NCBI GenBank assembly: GCA_951406725.2
Contig: OX597836.1
Span: 20,088,001 to 20,152,000 of the forward strand
Source: Octopus vulgaris
Lineage: Eukaryota
Direction: 5' to 3'
Length of the DNA stretch: 64,000 nucleotides
The notes under the pieces were generated by a model. That model had not been told where the DNA came from and ran no database searches. It saw only the letters and a list, made by a program, of their open reading frames with translations. Position numbers and translations under genes: made by a program. Each line of letters opens with the position of its first letter. Within the stretch, counting starts at the first letter, position 1. Positions 24,951 to 37,100 of the stretch are shown here, one piece after another.

Positions 24951-25558
24951 ATATTTTTTTTGCTGTCAAAATGTTGGTACAGTACATGGATGACTAAGCA
25001 TTTTGTTGGTATCATTAATGCCTATTGTGTATCCCGAGTATAGAATCATTATGCAAGATCTGCGGGTGATTTAGCATTTTTGTTAATATTAATAAAGCCT
25101 TTAGGGCGGCGAGATGGCAGAATCGTTTGCAAGACGGGCAAAATGCTTAGCAGTATTTCGTCCGCATTTACGTTCTGAGTTCAAATTTCACTGATGTCAA
25201 CTTTGCCTTCCATCTTTTCGGAGTCGATAAAATAAGTACCAGCTGAACTTTTACCTCTCCCCTGCAATTACAGGCCTTGTGCCAAAATTTGATATCAATA
25301 TTAATAAAGCCTATTGTATATGCTTAGAATTTTCTCACAGTGCGTGTCTGATATATCTCTTTTACTTGTTTCAGTCATTTGACTGTGGCCATGCTGGAAC
25401 ACCGCCTGTAGTTGAGCAAATCGACCCCAAGACTTATTCCTTGTAAGCCTAGTACTTATTCTATCGGTCTCTTTTGCCGAACCGTTAAGTTACGTGGATG
25501 TAAACACACCAGCATCGGTTGTCAAGCGATGTTGGAAGAGACAAACACAGACACACAA

Positions 25559-25607
<49 letters not shown>

Positions 25608-25896
25608 CAAAATGAGAAAATGGAGAAATATATCTAAATCAATCATCAACCATCAGATAATACCCAATCAATACTTTATTAAACCATTACACAATAGCAA
25701 TGATATTATACATTAATATAGTACAAATATAACAAATTTACGGTAAAAATAATTTTACCTTTGCCCACATAATACAGTAGATGAATTAATTGCATCGCAA
25801 TTTTTAACATTTATATATTAGCTTTGTTGGGTACTTCTCTAGCAGTATATTGGATATATGTTATCCCATGGAGGGTTGAATTTACAACCCCTATCT

Positions 25897-25928
<32 letters not shown>

Positions 25929-26014
25929 GTAGGTCCCGGGTTGATTCGGGGTTAACCACAGTAAATAAGGTACTCAATACATAGCAGAGTAAAATTAATT
26001 TATTATATAGAAGG

Positions 26015-26065
26015 AGCTTCTACAGGACTAGAACTGTTTCATTCAAGAGAAATCTTCAGGAAGCT
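26015..26065 (-). ncRNA. Type I hammerhead ribozyme (canonical core)
   Basis: Minus strand: AGCTTC-CTGAAGA-TTTC TCTT GAAT-GAAA-CAG TTCTAGTC CTG-TA-GAAGCT. Confidence 0.85.
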
Positions 26066-26252
26066 AGTTAACAAGAATTGTATTGGCATTTATACATTTA
26101 GGCAGGTTTAAAGGGGTGTTGGTGGGGGACTTTTTGGGGGTAGGCATATATATATATATATATGTATATGCGAGTATGTAGAGATATAAGTATGTGCATG
26201 TGTATATATATGTGTGTATATATATGTATGGGTATGTGTATGTGTATGTATG

Positions 26253-26295
<43 letters not shown>

Positions 26296-26438
26296 ATGTA
26301 TGCATATACGTATGTATGTATGTATGTACATGTGTATGTATATATGTGTGTAAGTGTGTGTGCTTGTATGAGAATGTATGTATGTTTGCACACATGTATA
26401 TATATGTGTGTGTATGTGTATGTGTATGTATATATATG

Positions 26439-26477
<39 letters not shown>

Positions 26478-26678
26478 GTATGTGTATATATATGTGTATG
26501 TATATATATGTGTATGTGTGTGTGTGTGTGTATACATGTGTGTATGTGTATGTATGTATGTATATATATGCGTGTGTATGTGTATGTGCACATATACGCG
26601 TACGCTCGTGTGTTTATGTATATGTAGGTACGTAGAGTTATCTATGTGTGTATTTATATGTACATGTGTGTAAGTATG

Positions 26679-26725
<47 letters not shown>

Positions 26726-26792
26726 ATGTGTGTGTATATATATATATATATATGTATGTATGTGTGTGTGTGTATATATGTGTGTATATATG

Positions 26793-26835
<43 letters not shown>

Positions 26836-27215
26836 ATGTGTGTAAGTTTATATGTATGTATCCGTCTATATAATAGGTAACTGCACGTACATTTACTTAA
26901 TATTTATTATTTATCTTTTGAGTATGCATGTATGAATAACTGCGCGTATATATATTTTACTATTTACTTATTTTTTGAGTATGCATGTAAGTATGAATAT
27001 AAGGAGGCGTGTGTGTGTGTGTGTATGTGTAAGCATAGATATATGTATACTTTTACGCATGGGTGTACTTATGTGTATATATGGATGCGCGCGCGTGTAT
27101 GTGTGTGTATGGGTACGCATGTACATGTGTATGTGCGTGTATGAGTATAGGAGTATGTATGTATGTGTGTGCGTACATTTGTATATGTATGTATGTATAT
27201 GTATGTGTGTGTGTG

Positions 27216-27270
<55 letters not shown>

Positions 27271-27490
27271 GGATATATATATATGCGCGTATATATATGT
27301 ATGTATGTGGGTGTGTGTATGTGTATAAATGTATGTATGTATGGATGTATGGATGTATGTATGTATGTATACGTATGTATGTGTATGTGTGTATATGTAT
27401 GTATGTGTATGTGTGTATATATATATATATATATGTGTATGCGTATGTGTGTGTATGTGTGTGTGTATATGTATGCGTATATATATGTGA

Positions 27491-27538
<48 letters not shown>

Positions 27539-28603
27539 ATTTGTATGTAGGTGTATATGTATGTGTGTGTATCTATATTTATTGGTGTATATATATAGAC
27601 TAGCCTTCTAAGAGTGTAGACATGAATCTGTAGGTACGCGTACGTATGTGTATATACGTGAATGTATGTAGATGTATGTATGTATGAATATAACGCGTGC
27701 GTGCGTGTATGTGTATGAGTGTACGAATGAGTGAGTGTACGTGCTAAAGAGTGTGCGTGAGTGAATGAGTGCTTGTTTTCCAGTAGACAGATAAATGGAC
27801 TGGCTGTCATAGCCAAGATGTTTGTGACCAAGCGGCCAAAGATAACAAAAGTAATAAACGAAGATAATAAAATTAAAATTAGGGATTGGGTCTGTATTTG
27901 TATGTGTATATATATGTGTGTGTGTGTAGGTATGCATAGGAACACATATGTATATATATGTATATATATATATACATGTATGTATATGTATGTGTGTGTG
28001 TGTATATGTGTGTGTATGTGTATATAGGGACTAGTGTGCTGTGGGTGCATGTGTGTGTGTGGATATGTGTGTGTATGCGTGTATGTGAGTATGTGTGTGT
28101 ATGTGTATATATATTTTTCTGTGCGTATATGTATGTGTGGTCGTGTGTGTATATATACATGTGTGTATACGTGTATGCATGTGAGTGTGTGTATGTATAC
28201 ATATATATGTGTATGTGTAGATATGTATATGTATGTGTAAGTGTATATATATGTATATATATATGTGTGTGTATGTATGTGTGTATGTATATGTATATAT
28301 GTTTGTATGTGTGTGTATGTATGTATACATGTGTGCATAGGTATAAGTGAGAATCTCCTTATTTACCTAAAACTCTATTCCCCTTTTTTTATATATAGAT
28401 TTTTTTATTTTTTTATTTATCTTTTTATTTTATTATTTTATTTTTTTATTTTTTTATTTATTCTTCTATCTAATTTAACACTGACTCCTTGACCACTCCC
28501 CCAAGTATGATATTTTGCGCTATGCCTACGCCCAAAAAGTCCCCCACCAACACCCCTTTAAACCTGCCTAAATGTATAAATGCCAATACAATTCTTGTTA
28601 ACT

Positions 28604-28654
28604 AGCTTCCTGAAGATTTCTCTTGAATGAAACAGTTCTAGTCCTGTAGAAGCT
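28604..28654 (+). ncRNA. Type I hammerhead ribozyme (canonical core)
   Basis: AGCTTC-CTGAAGA-TTTC TCTT GAAT-GAAA-CAG TTCTAGTC CTG-TA-GAAGCT. Perfect 6-bp stem I, 3-bp stem III plus the A15.1-U16.1 pair, GUA site with cleavage predicted after 28648. Confidence 0.85.
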
Positions 28655-28665
28655 CCTTCTATATA

Positions 28666-28706
<41 letters not shown>

Positions 28707-29270
28707 TATGATGGGCTTCTTTCAGTTTTCGTCTACCAAACTCACTCACAAGGCTTTGGTCAGCCCGAGGCTATAGTAGAAGACACTTGCCCAAGATGCC
28801 ACGCAGTGGGACTGAACCCAGAATAATGTGGTTGGTAAGCAAGCTATTTACCACACAGCCACTCCTATGCCTATATGTTCACCATGGTTGTCATTTAGCA
28901 TCCTATTTCCATGCTTGCACGGGTCAGACGGAATTTATTGAGGCAGATTTTCTACAGTCGGATGCTCACCCTGTCGGCAACCTTCACCTGTTTCTGAGCA
29001 AGATGATATTTCCCCATGCGTCTGCCGTTACATTCTGTGTTCAAATTCCGCCGAGGTCGACTTTGCCTTTCATCCTTTCAGGGTCGATAAATTAAGTATC
29101 AGTTATGCACTGGGGTCGATGTAATCGACTTAATCCCTTTGTCTGACCTTGTTTGTCCCCTCTATGTTTAGCCCCTTGTGGGTAATAAAAAAACAGATAT
29201 TTCCCCATGGCTAGATAGTTTTTCACTGAGGGCTGGAAATAAACAACTTTGCTTGTATAGTAGTGATGCC

Positions 29271-29316
<46 letters not shown>

Positions 29317-29582
29317 GTCCGTCCGTCTGTCTGTCTGTAATATCTTTTATCATTTACTTGTTTCAATCATTGGACTGCGGCCATGCCGGTACATTTGGTG
29401 CAATGCTTTGAAGATTTTGTTCGAAATGATCGACCCCCCCCCCCAGTACTTTATAAATCATGTGTGTGTGTATATATGTATATCAATATAAATCATGTGT
29501 GTGTGTGTGTGTATGTATATATTATATATACGTGTGTGTATATGTATATATATATATATATATATATACAACATTTCTAAAA

Positions 29583-31112
29583 ATTTCTGGTCCAGCATGC
29601 CCTACACACCGTCTAAGCAATTTTATTGACATTGTTTTGAAACCACTATGTACTTACATACCAAGTTTCATCAGGGATGACATCGACTTCCTGTCCCATC
29701 TTCCCAAAACAACAGAAACAAATTCAGTTTTACTAAGTTTTGATGTGGTAAGCCTCTACACCAATATTCCACACGATTTAGGAATAAAGGCGATTAAATA
29801 CTGGTTAGAAAAACATAGAGAAGTGATTCCCAGCAGATTCACAGTGCCATTTATATTAGACACAGTCAAACTTATTCTAGAAAATAACACATTCTTCTTC
29901 AATGGAAAGAATTACATCCAAATTAGAGGCACGGCGATGGGAACGAGGTTTGCTCCCGTTTACGCCAACTCTGTAATGGGATACTTAGAAGAACAACTCT
30001 ACCAAGAGGTGGAGGTAAACTATGGCACTGGATTTAGAAAGTATATTGAAAAGGCATGGAAGAGATACCTAGACGACTGTTTCATAATCTGGACAGAATC
30101 TCTAAATACTCTGGAAGAGTTCAATATCCTCCTGAACAACCTACACCCATCTCTCAAATTTACAAAGGAGATGAGTAGTACCAAATTACCATTCCTGGAT
30201 ATAATGGTAATTAAAAAAGACACCACCATCACCACAGATATATACTATAAACACACAGACACACATCAATACCTAAATTTTAAGTCGTGCCATCCACCAC
30301 ATACAAAACGTAACATCCCATACTGCCTAGCCAGAAGAATTTGTACTATTGTAGAAGATGCAAATATCAGGAACAAACGCCTAATAGAACTAAGAGAATT
30401 TTTGCTCAAACAAAAATACCCATCTCTACTTATAGAAAATGGCATACAGCGGGCTATAAAAATACCTATACAACAACTTAGGACAACCCAAGGAAGAGGA
30501 AAACAAGAACAAGTCATACCATTCATAGTGACACACAACCAATGTCACCAGAATATCTTCAACATTGCCAAAGCAAACCTACCAATCATTGCCCAAAGTA
30601 ATGAATTAAAAGACATAATCAAGGATCGAGCTATGGTGCTTAGTAAAAGACAGCCTAAAAACTTGAAAACATTACTAACAAAGGCAAAATTTGACCTCAG
30701 CAACAAAGACCAAACATTCACGGTATCTAAATGCAATGATAGCCGATGTGGCACATGCCAATTCATACATACCGGTCAATATATAAACACAAAAACCGGG
30801 AAAATATTCACAAACGCGAATATGAACTGCAAAAGCAGAAATTTAATTTACTGCATCAAATGCCCAAATTGTGAAGAAATATATGTAGGTCAGACGGGAA
30901 ACGCACTATTAGAACGCTCACGTGTACACCGGCAACAGATTAGAGACCCAGAGGTCCGTCAGATACCTTTGAGTAACCACCTAGCAACATGTGGTCGGAA
31001 AATATATATAATATTTCCATTCTACAAATTACACAGCCCAAGTGAAATCGAGAGGAAAATCAGAGAAAAGAATTTTATTGATAAATTCGAACCCAAGCTA
31101 AATAAGCAATAA
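29583..31112 (+). CDS. PLE reverse transcriptase + Cys-linker + GIY-YIG endonuclease (N-terminally truncated, no internal stops)
   Basis: Motifs LSFDVVSLYTNIP, QIRGTAMGTRFAPVYAN, KRYLDDCF, LPFLDI, YYKHTDTHQYLNFKSCHP, CNDSRCGTC linker, NLIYCIKCPNC..IYVGQT...R...H, RKIREKNFI..FEPKLN. The ORF-track start at 29460 is microsatellite read-through. Confidence 0.95.
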   Translation: MSGPACPTHRLSNFIDIVLKPLCTYIPSFIRDDIDFLSHLPKTTETNSVLLSFDVVSLYTNIPHDLGIKAIKYWLEKHREVIPSRFTVPFILDTVKLILENNTFFFNGKNYIQIRGTAMGTRFAPVYANSVMGYLEEQLYQEVEVNYGTGFRKYIEKAWKRYLDDCFIIWTESLNTLEEFNILLNNLHPSLKFTKEMSSTKLPFLDIMVIKKDTTITTDIYYKHTDTHQYLNFKSCHPPHTKRNIPYCLARRICTIVEDANIRNKRLIELREFLLKQKYPSLLIENGIQRAIKIPIQQLRTTQGRGKQEQVIPFIVTHNQCHQNIFNIAKANLPIIAQSNELKDIIKDRAMVLSKRQPKNLKTLLTKAKFDLSNKDQTFTVSKCNDSRCGTCQFIHTGQYINTKTGKIFTNANMNCKSRNLIYCIKCPNCEEIYVGQTGNALLERSRVHRQQIRDPEVRQIPLSNHLATCGRKIYIIFPFYKLHSPSEIERKIREKNFIDKFEPKLNKQ

Positions 31113-31541
31113 TAATAATACTTAGAGGTATTACTTCCACTGCTACGACCATGACCACTAACAACAACAACAATACTAAAGGTGATCAAGACGAAGATAG
31201 CAGGAAAATTATCTTATTTAGGGTTAAAAGTTCTATTGCCACCACCATCACCACTAGCAACAATAATTAAGGTGCTGACAATGATGATGATGACAATTGA
31301 AATACAAAAATATAAAAATCTCTGACAAAGGATACTTACAACATTTCTAAAAATAACCCAACAATTGCAGCTTCGGCCAGGCTCAAGATACAGGACTCTT
31401 GACCTGTCAATCAGCTCAACCAACCAATCAGCTTAAGTAATTGAGTGATACTACACACTGATTGGTCAGAATACAGTTTGCACTGTATTTATAGCACAGA
31501 ATCACTCATCTTGCTGAAGCATGACTGTCAACACTACTACA

Positions 31542-31586
31542 TGAACCCGAAGATTGCAGAATTCAATGCATGAAAGTACTAGTTCA
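31542..31586 (+). ncRNA. Type I hammerhead ribozyme in the PLE 3' terminal repeat (core variant CCGAAGA)
   Basis: TGAAC-CCGAAGA-T TGCA GAATTCAA TGCA T-GAAA-GTAC-TA-GTTCA. Perfect stem I, 4-bp stem II, palindromic AGTACT stem III. Confidence 0.85.
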
Positions 31587-31748
31587 ATCAGAATGAATAT
31601 TTAACATTCTACTATTTCATTTTATTTTATTCAATTATAATATATTATCTTATAATATATCATTATAAGATTGTAAATAAAACGTGAAAATCAGACAAGG
31701 TTGGAATTCTTTTTATTAATATATTCTTCTATACACAATCACACACAC

Positions 31749-31803
<55 letters not shown>

Positions 31804-32719
31804 ATTATACATCATTAAACATTGATAGACAGATATTGTATGTGTGTGTACATATGTCTGTATGTGTGCGTGTGCGTGTGCATGTGCGTGTGTGTGTGAA
31901 ACTATCCAGTTGTGTTAAAGATCAGTGACATCTGGCGACATCTGGCTTAGTACAGCACACAACTAACAGGGGCGATAACTATTCGTATATCAGTCAGTCG
32001 AATGTGAGAGAATTGCAATCTTTCTCTCTCTGTGGTAGAATTTTTTTTCGAAAAATCTTTAGAATAAAGCTCACGTACTCCACGGCAACTAAATTACGCA
32101 ATGTGTTCCTTTAAATATATTTAATACACCTTTTTCTCGCTGAAGATGTCCCATTGGCAATTAATTGTGATGTTTCTGCTGCACCTCTGCTGCGGGGTTC
32201 AGTCCCAGGGTAAGGAATAATGCTTTACTTTTTTCTTTTTTTCAACTTTTCTTTACCATTTTTTACAACTCGGACTTATTATTTCAATGACAAGCCTAAT
32301 GTATTTAAATGAACTATTGTATTTCTCTGTTCTTGTCTTTTTTCTGACTTAAATTGATTTTAGTTGCAATTTTTTTCCCCTCATCATTCATATATACCGT
32401 ATAGTAACAACTTGTCTCTCTGGTACACATATTATATACACGTATACACACACACATATTACAAAATCTATTTTCATTTTATTACATCCTTAATTTTTGC
32501 TTTCCCGTGAGTGATAATGCACAGTGACATATTTACAGGGGAAATATTATATAGAGAAATATTTATGTATCTCCACATAATTGCATAGCCATTCAGAAGA
32601 AGCATGTGTTCGTGCGGATATAAAAAAGCCGGATTGGAAAATAAGAAGAAGAAAAAACAAAAACAATTCTTGAAATATATTGTTAGGCTTTTGCTGCTCG
32701 TAATATGAGTGCTAACCGT

Positions 32720-33035
32720 TCTATTTATTTATGTATGTATGTATGTATGTATGTATGTATGTATCTATCTATCTATTTGTCTATCTATCTATGTATCTAT
32801 CTATGTATCTATCTATCTATTTGTCTATCTATCTATGTATCTATCTATCTATTTGTCTATCTATCTATGTATCTATCTATGTATCTATATATTTGTCTAT
32901 CTATCTATGTATCTATCTATTTGTCTATCTATCTATCTATCTATCTATTTATCTATCTATCTCTCTATGTATGTATGTATGTATCTATCTATGTATCTAT
33001 ATATCTATCATTCTATCTATCTACACACACACACA
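32720..33035. repeat. (TATG)n/(TCTA)n compound microsatellite
   Basis: Directly visible. Confidence 0.95.
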
Positions 33036-34000
33036 CGTGTATACACAAAACCATTTCTTTTTCTCCTCCCATCATCTTCTGTCTCTGTATTGATATTTAT
33101 ATATATTAATCACACACATGTGTACACGCGTATTAGCCGTCTGTATATACACACATACACGCACACAAGCCGTCTGTGTATAATCTCACGCACATACATG
33201 CATACATACACGCACACAATGTCGCATATTTTCTCTGCTGTGACCCTTAAGCCCTTCGCGAAGAGTAAGGTGGCAAGAAATAGCGGTCAGGTCTCTGAAA
33301 CGATACTCTAATCATCAATTAAAAGAAAAGAAAAAACAAAAAGACACGGTGAATAATGCAGTTGCAAATAAAGAACTATAACCGAGCATAAGACAGGATA
33401 GTCGTGGCTGGATTGCCCTTGAGCACAGATCTACTCTGCTAGGGCTGACTCGCCGTTAAACAACATGGTTAACGCAATTTCCAAGACGTCATCTATCGTC
33501 GAATAGAGTTCTTTTTTTCACCTGTCCATCTTGTTCCTTTTTCTCATTTTGTTTGACCATCTTTCATCAACAATCCACACCAAGTTTTCTCTTTTGTCTC
33601 TCTCTTTTCTGTCGCCATTCTTCGGTTCTTTATTATGGTGTGTAATACGAGGGACAGACAGAATAACCTACCAAACGGAAGGAATCTCTACGTGGTCAAA
33701 TTATCCTGTTGAAATAGCAGCTAAGTCCTAACCATCACCCTCCACCCTGCACCACTTGTTAAAACGAGCCAAAGAGATTTCAGATATATATATATAATGG
33801 TTGCATTGGATAAACTTAAGTATGGATATACGATGCCGAAATTTAAAGACGAGATGGCTACAGCTGGAATAATCGCAACAGCAACAGCAACAACACGGTC
33901 ATGTCAGTCGAAGACGAAGCTAGAAACAATAATCGAATCTATCTCAAATCACAGCTTTATTTTTAACCCATGAAGGACATCTGGTTCCCTACTGTACGTG

Positions 34001-34063
<63 letters not shown>

Positions 34064-34193
34064 CAGGGTGTCCCAAAAAATGTATACACACCTTAAATAA
34101 TTGTAAATTTGTTATTCTTTGTAAGCCTAGTACTTATTCTATCGTTCTATTTTGCCGAACCACTATGTGTATACATTTTTTTGGGACACCCTG
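34064..34193. mobile_element. Tc1/mariner-type MITE, 130 bp
   Basis: TA-CAGGGTGTCCCAAAAAATGTATACACA ... TGTGTATACATTTTTTTGGGACACCCTG-TA: ~27-bp TIRs and a TA target site. Confidence 0.85.
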
Positions 34194-37100
34194 TATATAT
34201 ATATATATGATGGAAGGGTTGCGGGCTGGAACGTCTTCGTGATTGGTAGGTCAGTTCAATCACGGTCGGGGGTTTAAAGGAGCGCAACACAAAGGGGCAA
34301 GATTGAACACGGCAGTGTGTACTTTTGCATAATAGCAACAAAAAAAAGTGCTGCATGTGTTCAGAACTGGAAGTACCTTTTTGATTTTACTTACTCGGTC
34401 AGGGCTGACCTGGGGCTAAACTAAACAACTTCCAACTACAGCAATATCAACAGCCAAGGAAGTGCTTTTTGTTGTTTTTGTTTTTTTGTAGTAGTGGTGG
34501 TGGTGGTGGTGGTGGGGACACAGGTAAAAGACGCGCGGTTTTTTTTTTTTGTCTGGTTTTCACCTGATACTCGTTAGATTAGTGTTATTGACGTAGTGAA
34601 CAAACATTACTCTCTCTGCCTCACCTCTCTTTCCCTTATTCTCTCTCTCTCTCTCTGTCTATGTTGGCCGAACTGACATCCGACGAAAGGCGTTCCAGCC
34701 ACGACTATCAGCGACCAGACTGCATCATCTTAATGTTGTTTCTTCGTGTTTTCTAACTGAATGGTCAGGTGTGATTTGAACATGATTTGGCTGCCGTTTC
34801 TAGCAGATCAAGTGACCACATTAGCTTCGCCGCTGTTGGCTCTTCACTCCCTCTCTACATTAGTCCCTGGTTAGCCCTGACTGACATATCAATCGTGATA
34901 ATCTTTATTTTTTTATTATTATTCTGCCTTATGGCTATGATCAACATTAACATTATTATTATTATTATTAGTAGTAGTAGTAGTAGTAGTAGTAACTTGG
35001 GTTTCATTATCCAGTGTGTTCCTTTTTAAGATAGCAGAATTGTGATTGGAAAAAAACATTTGGCTGCTACTTCTAGCATTTCGTACTGCCGCGTATATGC
35101 TCTCAGTTTCTGTTCGTCTAGATGGAATTTTCGGTGTCATCTCTTTTGCTCTCTCTATCTATCTTAACTCCCCCCTCTCTCTTCTCTCTCTTTATCTTTT
35201 CTCTTGGTGTTTATTTCTCACACTCACTCTAGATGTTTATCTCTGTTTCTCTCCCCTCTCTCTCTTTATGTTGCTCTCTGTTTCTCTTTTGAGTGTTTCC
35301 CTTAGTGTATTTATTACTTCCTCTGTTTCTCTACCCCTTTGTCTCTAACTCTTGGATAAACCCAGGAACCCTTGCCTTAAGTCTAGTTTCTACATACTTA
35401 TGAGTCAATGAGGGGAGTCTGCGTAGTCGCTCGACTTACAAGTAATAGCAACTATATCTCCCTCGAATTACTACATATATGGCAGGAAACCTAGACGTAT
35501 GCAAACAGGCTGAGTGGCCACAGCTAGGGTGCCCTTTTTTTTACAACTTTGCTCAAGTACCAACAACCACCAGTCACCGGGACTGTCCCTATTTTCGTTT
35601 TGCTAACAATTGTAGCCAAATCTCCCTCAAATCTGGCGTTTCCATCTTAGAGATATGTCCCTGTTCTTAGTCGGAAAAATTAAAGGATAGAAAAATAAAA
35701 CTGAAAGGAGGCGACTGTAGTGTCTTTGCTCTTAGGCCTACTCCAGCTGACCTGACCAGGAGCTTAACGACAACAATCGGTTACCAGTTTGTCTACATTG
35801 AAAATTCTAATTAAGAGAGAAGAAAGTTTGTCAAATTAGGGTCACCAGAATGAGAACAGGTAGCGAGAACCGAGTGTTTTAGTCCCCCCTTGTCTTTGTC
35901 TTAGCGAAGTTTTGTAATTAAAGAGCTGTGAATGTAGGAATATTAATTATTATTAAATGGCCTAACTTGCTTGCTTGAATTCTTGCGCTAACTGAAAATT
36001 AAGAAATTTATTTATAATGTTTTTAAATCTTGTAAGACAATTATCTAAACCATTTTATTTCCTTTCTGCTTTTTTTTTTCTTTTCTCTCTCTGTCTTTCA
36101 GTAGTATATGTTATTATTGGAGATATAAAGTGCACGTTTGCAAGGATTGAAACCGTATACACATGCTTAACGGCCTGGCTTAAAGTCGGTAGTAACGGCT
36201 CCTCGGCCATTAATTGATGCTATTTAGTAACTCTGACTCAGTTATTGAGTATACTGCCATCATGGTTGAACATAGATACACACATATATATATATATATA
36301 TATGCAAATGTACGTATAAAATCATACGTACACATAAGCATACACGTCCTTGTATTCACATACGTACGCACATGCATACATACAACGGGCAACGTGCACA
36401 CAAGTGTCCCCTTCACCCCCGATTTTGTTTCCCCATAACTTACTGAAAAATGGATACGTACATCGCACAAACATTCATACAGACATACGCATACATAAGC
36501 ATATGTGTGTTTACTCGTGTATAATGTGAGAGAACTATAATACAAAAGGAACAATAACAATCCTTTTCTACTAGAGGCACAAGGCCTGAAATTTGTGGAG
36601 AGGGGAATTAGTTGAATACATCGACCCCGGTGTTTCACTGGTACTTATGGATCCCGAAAGGATGAAAGGCAAAGTCGACCTCGGCGGAATTTGAACTCAG
36701 AACGTACCGACTGGCGAAATATCGCTAAGCATTTCGTCCAGTGTGCTAACGATTCTGCCTGCTCGCCGCTTTAATAATAATAATAATAATCCTTTCTATT
36801 ATAGGCACAAGACCTGAAAGTTGGGGGAGGAGGATAGTCGATTAGATCGACCCTAGTATGCAACTGGTACTTAATTTATCGACCCCGAAAGTATGAAAGG
36901 CAAAGTCGACCTCAGCGGAATTTGAGCTCAGATCGTAGCGACAGAGTCTGCCAGCTCGCCGCCTTAATAATAATAATAATAGTAGTAGCAGCCCATGGTT
37001 AGCATGTTTAGGTGTAGGTGGTTAGTCCATAACACCAATACAGTACTTGACTGGTACTTTATTTTATCCTAAATAATGATAACCATAGGACTAAAATACA

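Larger units (their letters stand above)
25930..28671. mobile_element. Non-autonomous PLE-type element with 151-bp inverted terminal repeats around ~2.2 kb of (TA/TG)n sequence
   Basis: 25998-26148 is the reverse complement of 28521-28671 with one mismatch. Both arms contain a hammerhead, and both ends abut (TA)n. Confidence 0.75.
29567..31730 (+). mobile_element. 5'-truncated Penelope-like retroelement (Neptune-type) inserted in a (TA)n tract
   Basis: RT + GIY-YIG ORF followed by a 3' terminal repeat with CCAAT motifs and a hammerhead; microsatellite lies on both flanks. Confidence 0.93.

Noticed and set aside
26064-28492. Long His/Thr/Tyr/Ile- and Val/Cys-rich ORFs, including the 456-aa one
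   Set aside because: Translations of (TA/TG/CA)n microsatellite, which lacks stop codons by composition.
29460-29582. N-terminus of the 550-aa ORF
   Set aside because: Microsatellite read-through plus the 18-bp junction insert; PLE homology starts at ~29583.
32138-32165. CTGAAGA followed by a TGTC/GGCA hairpin as a hammerhead
   Set aside because: No GAAA after the hairpin and no stem I or stem III.
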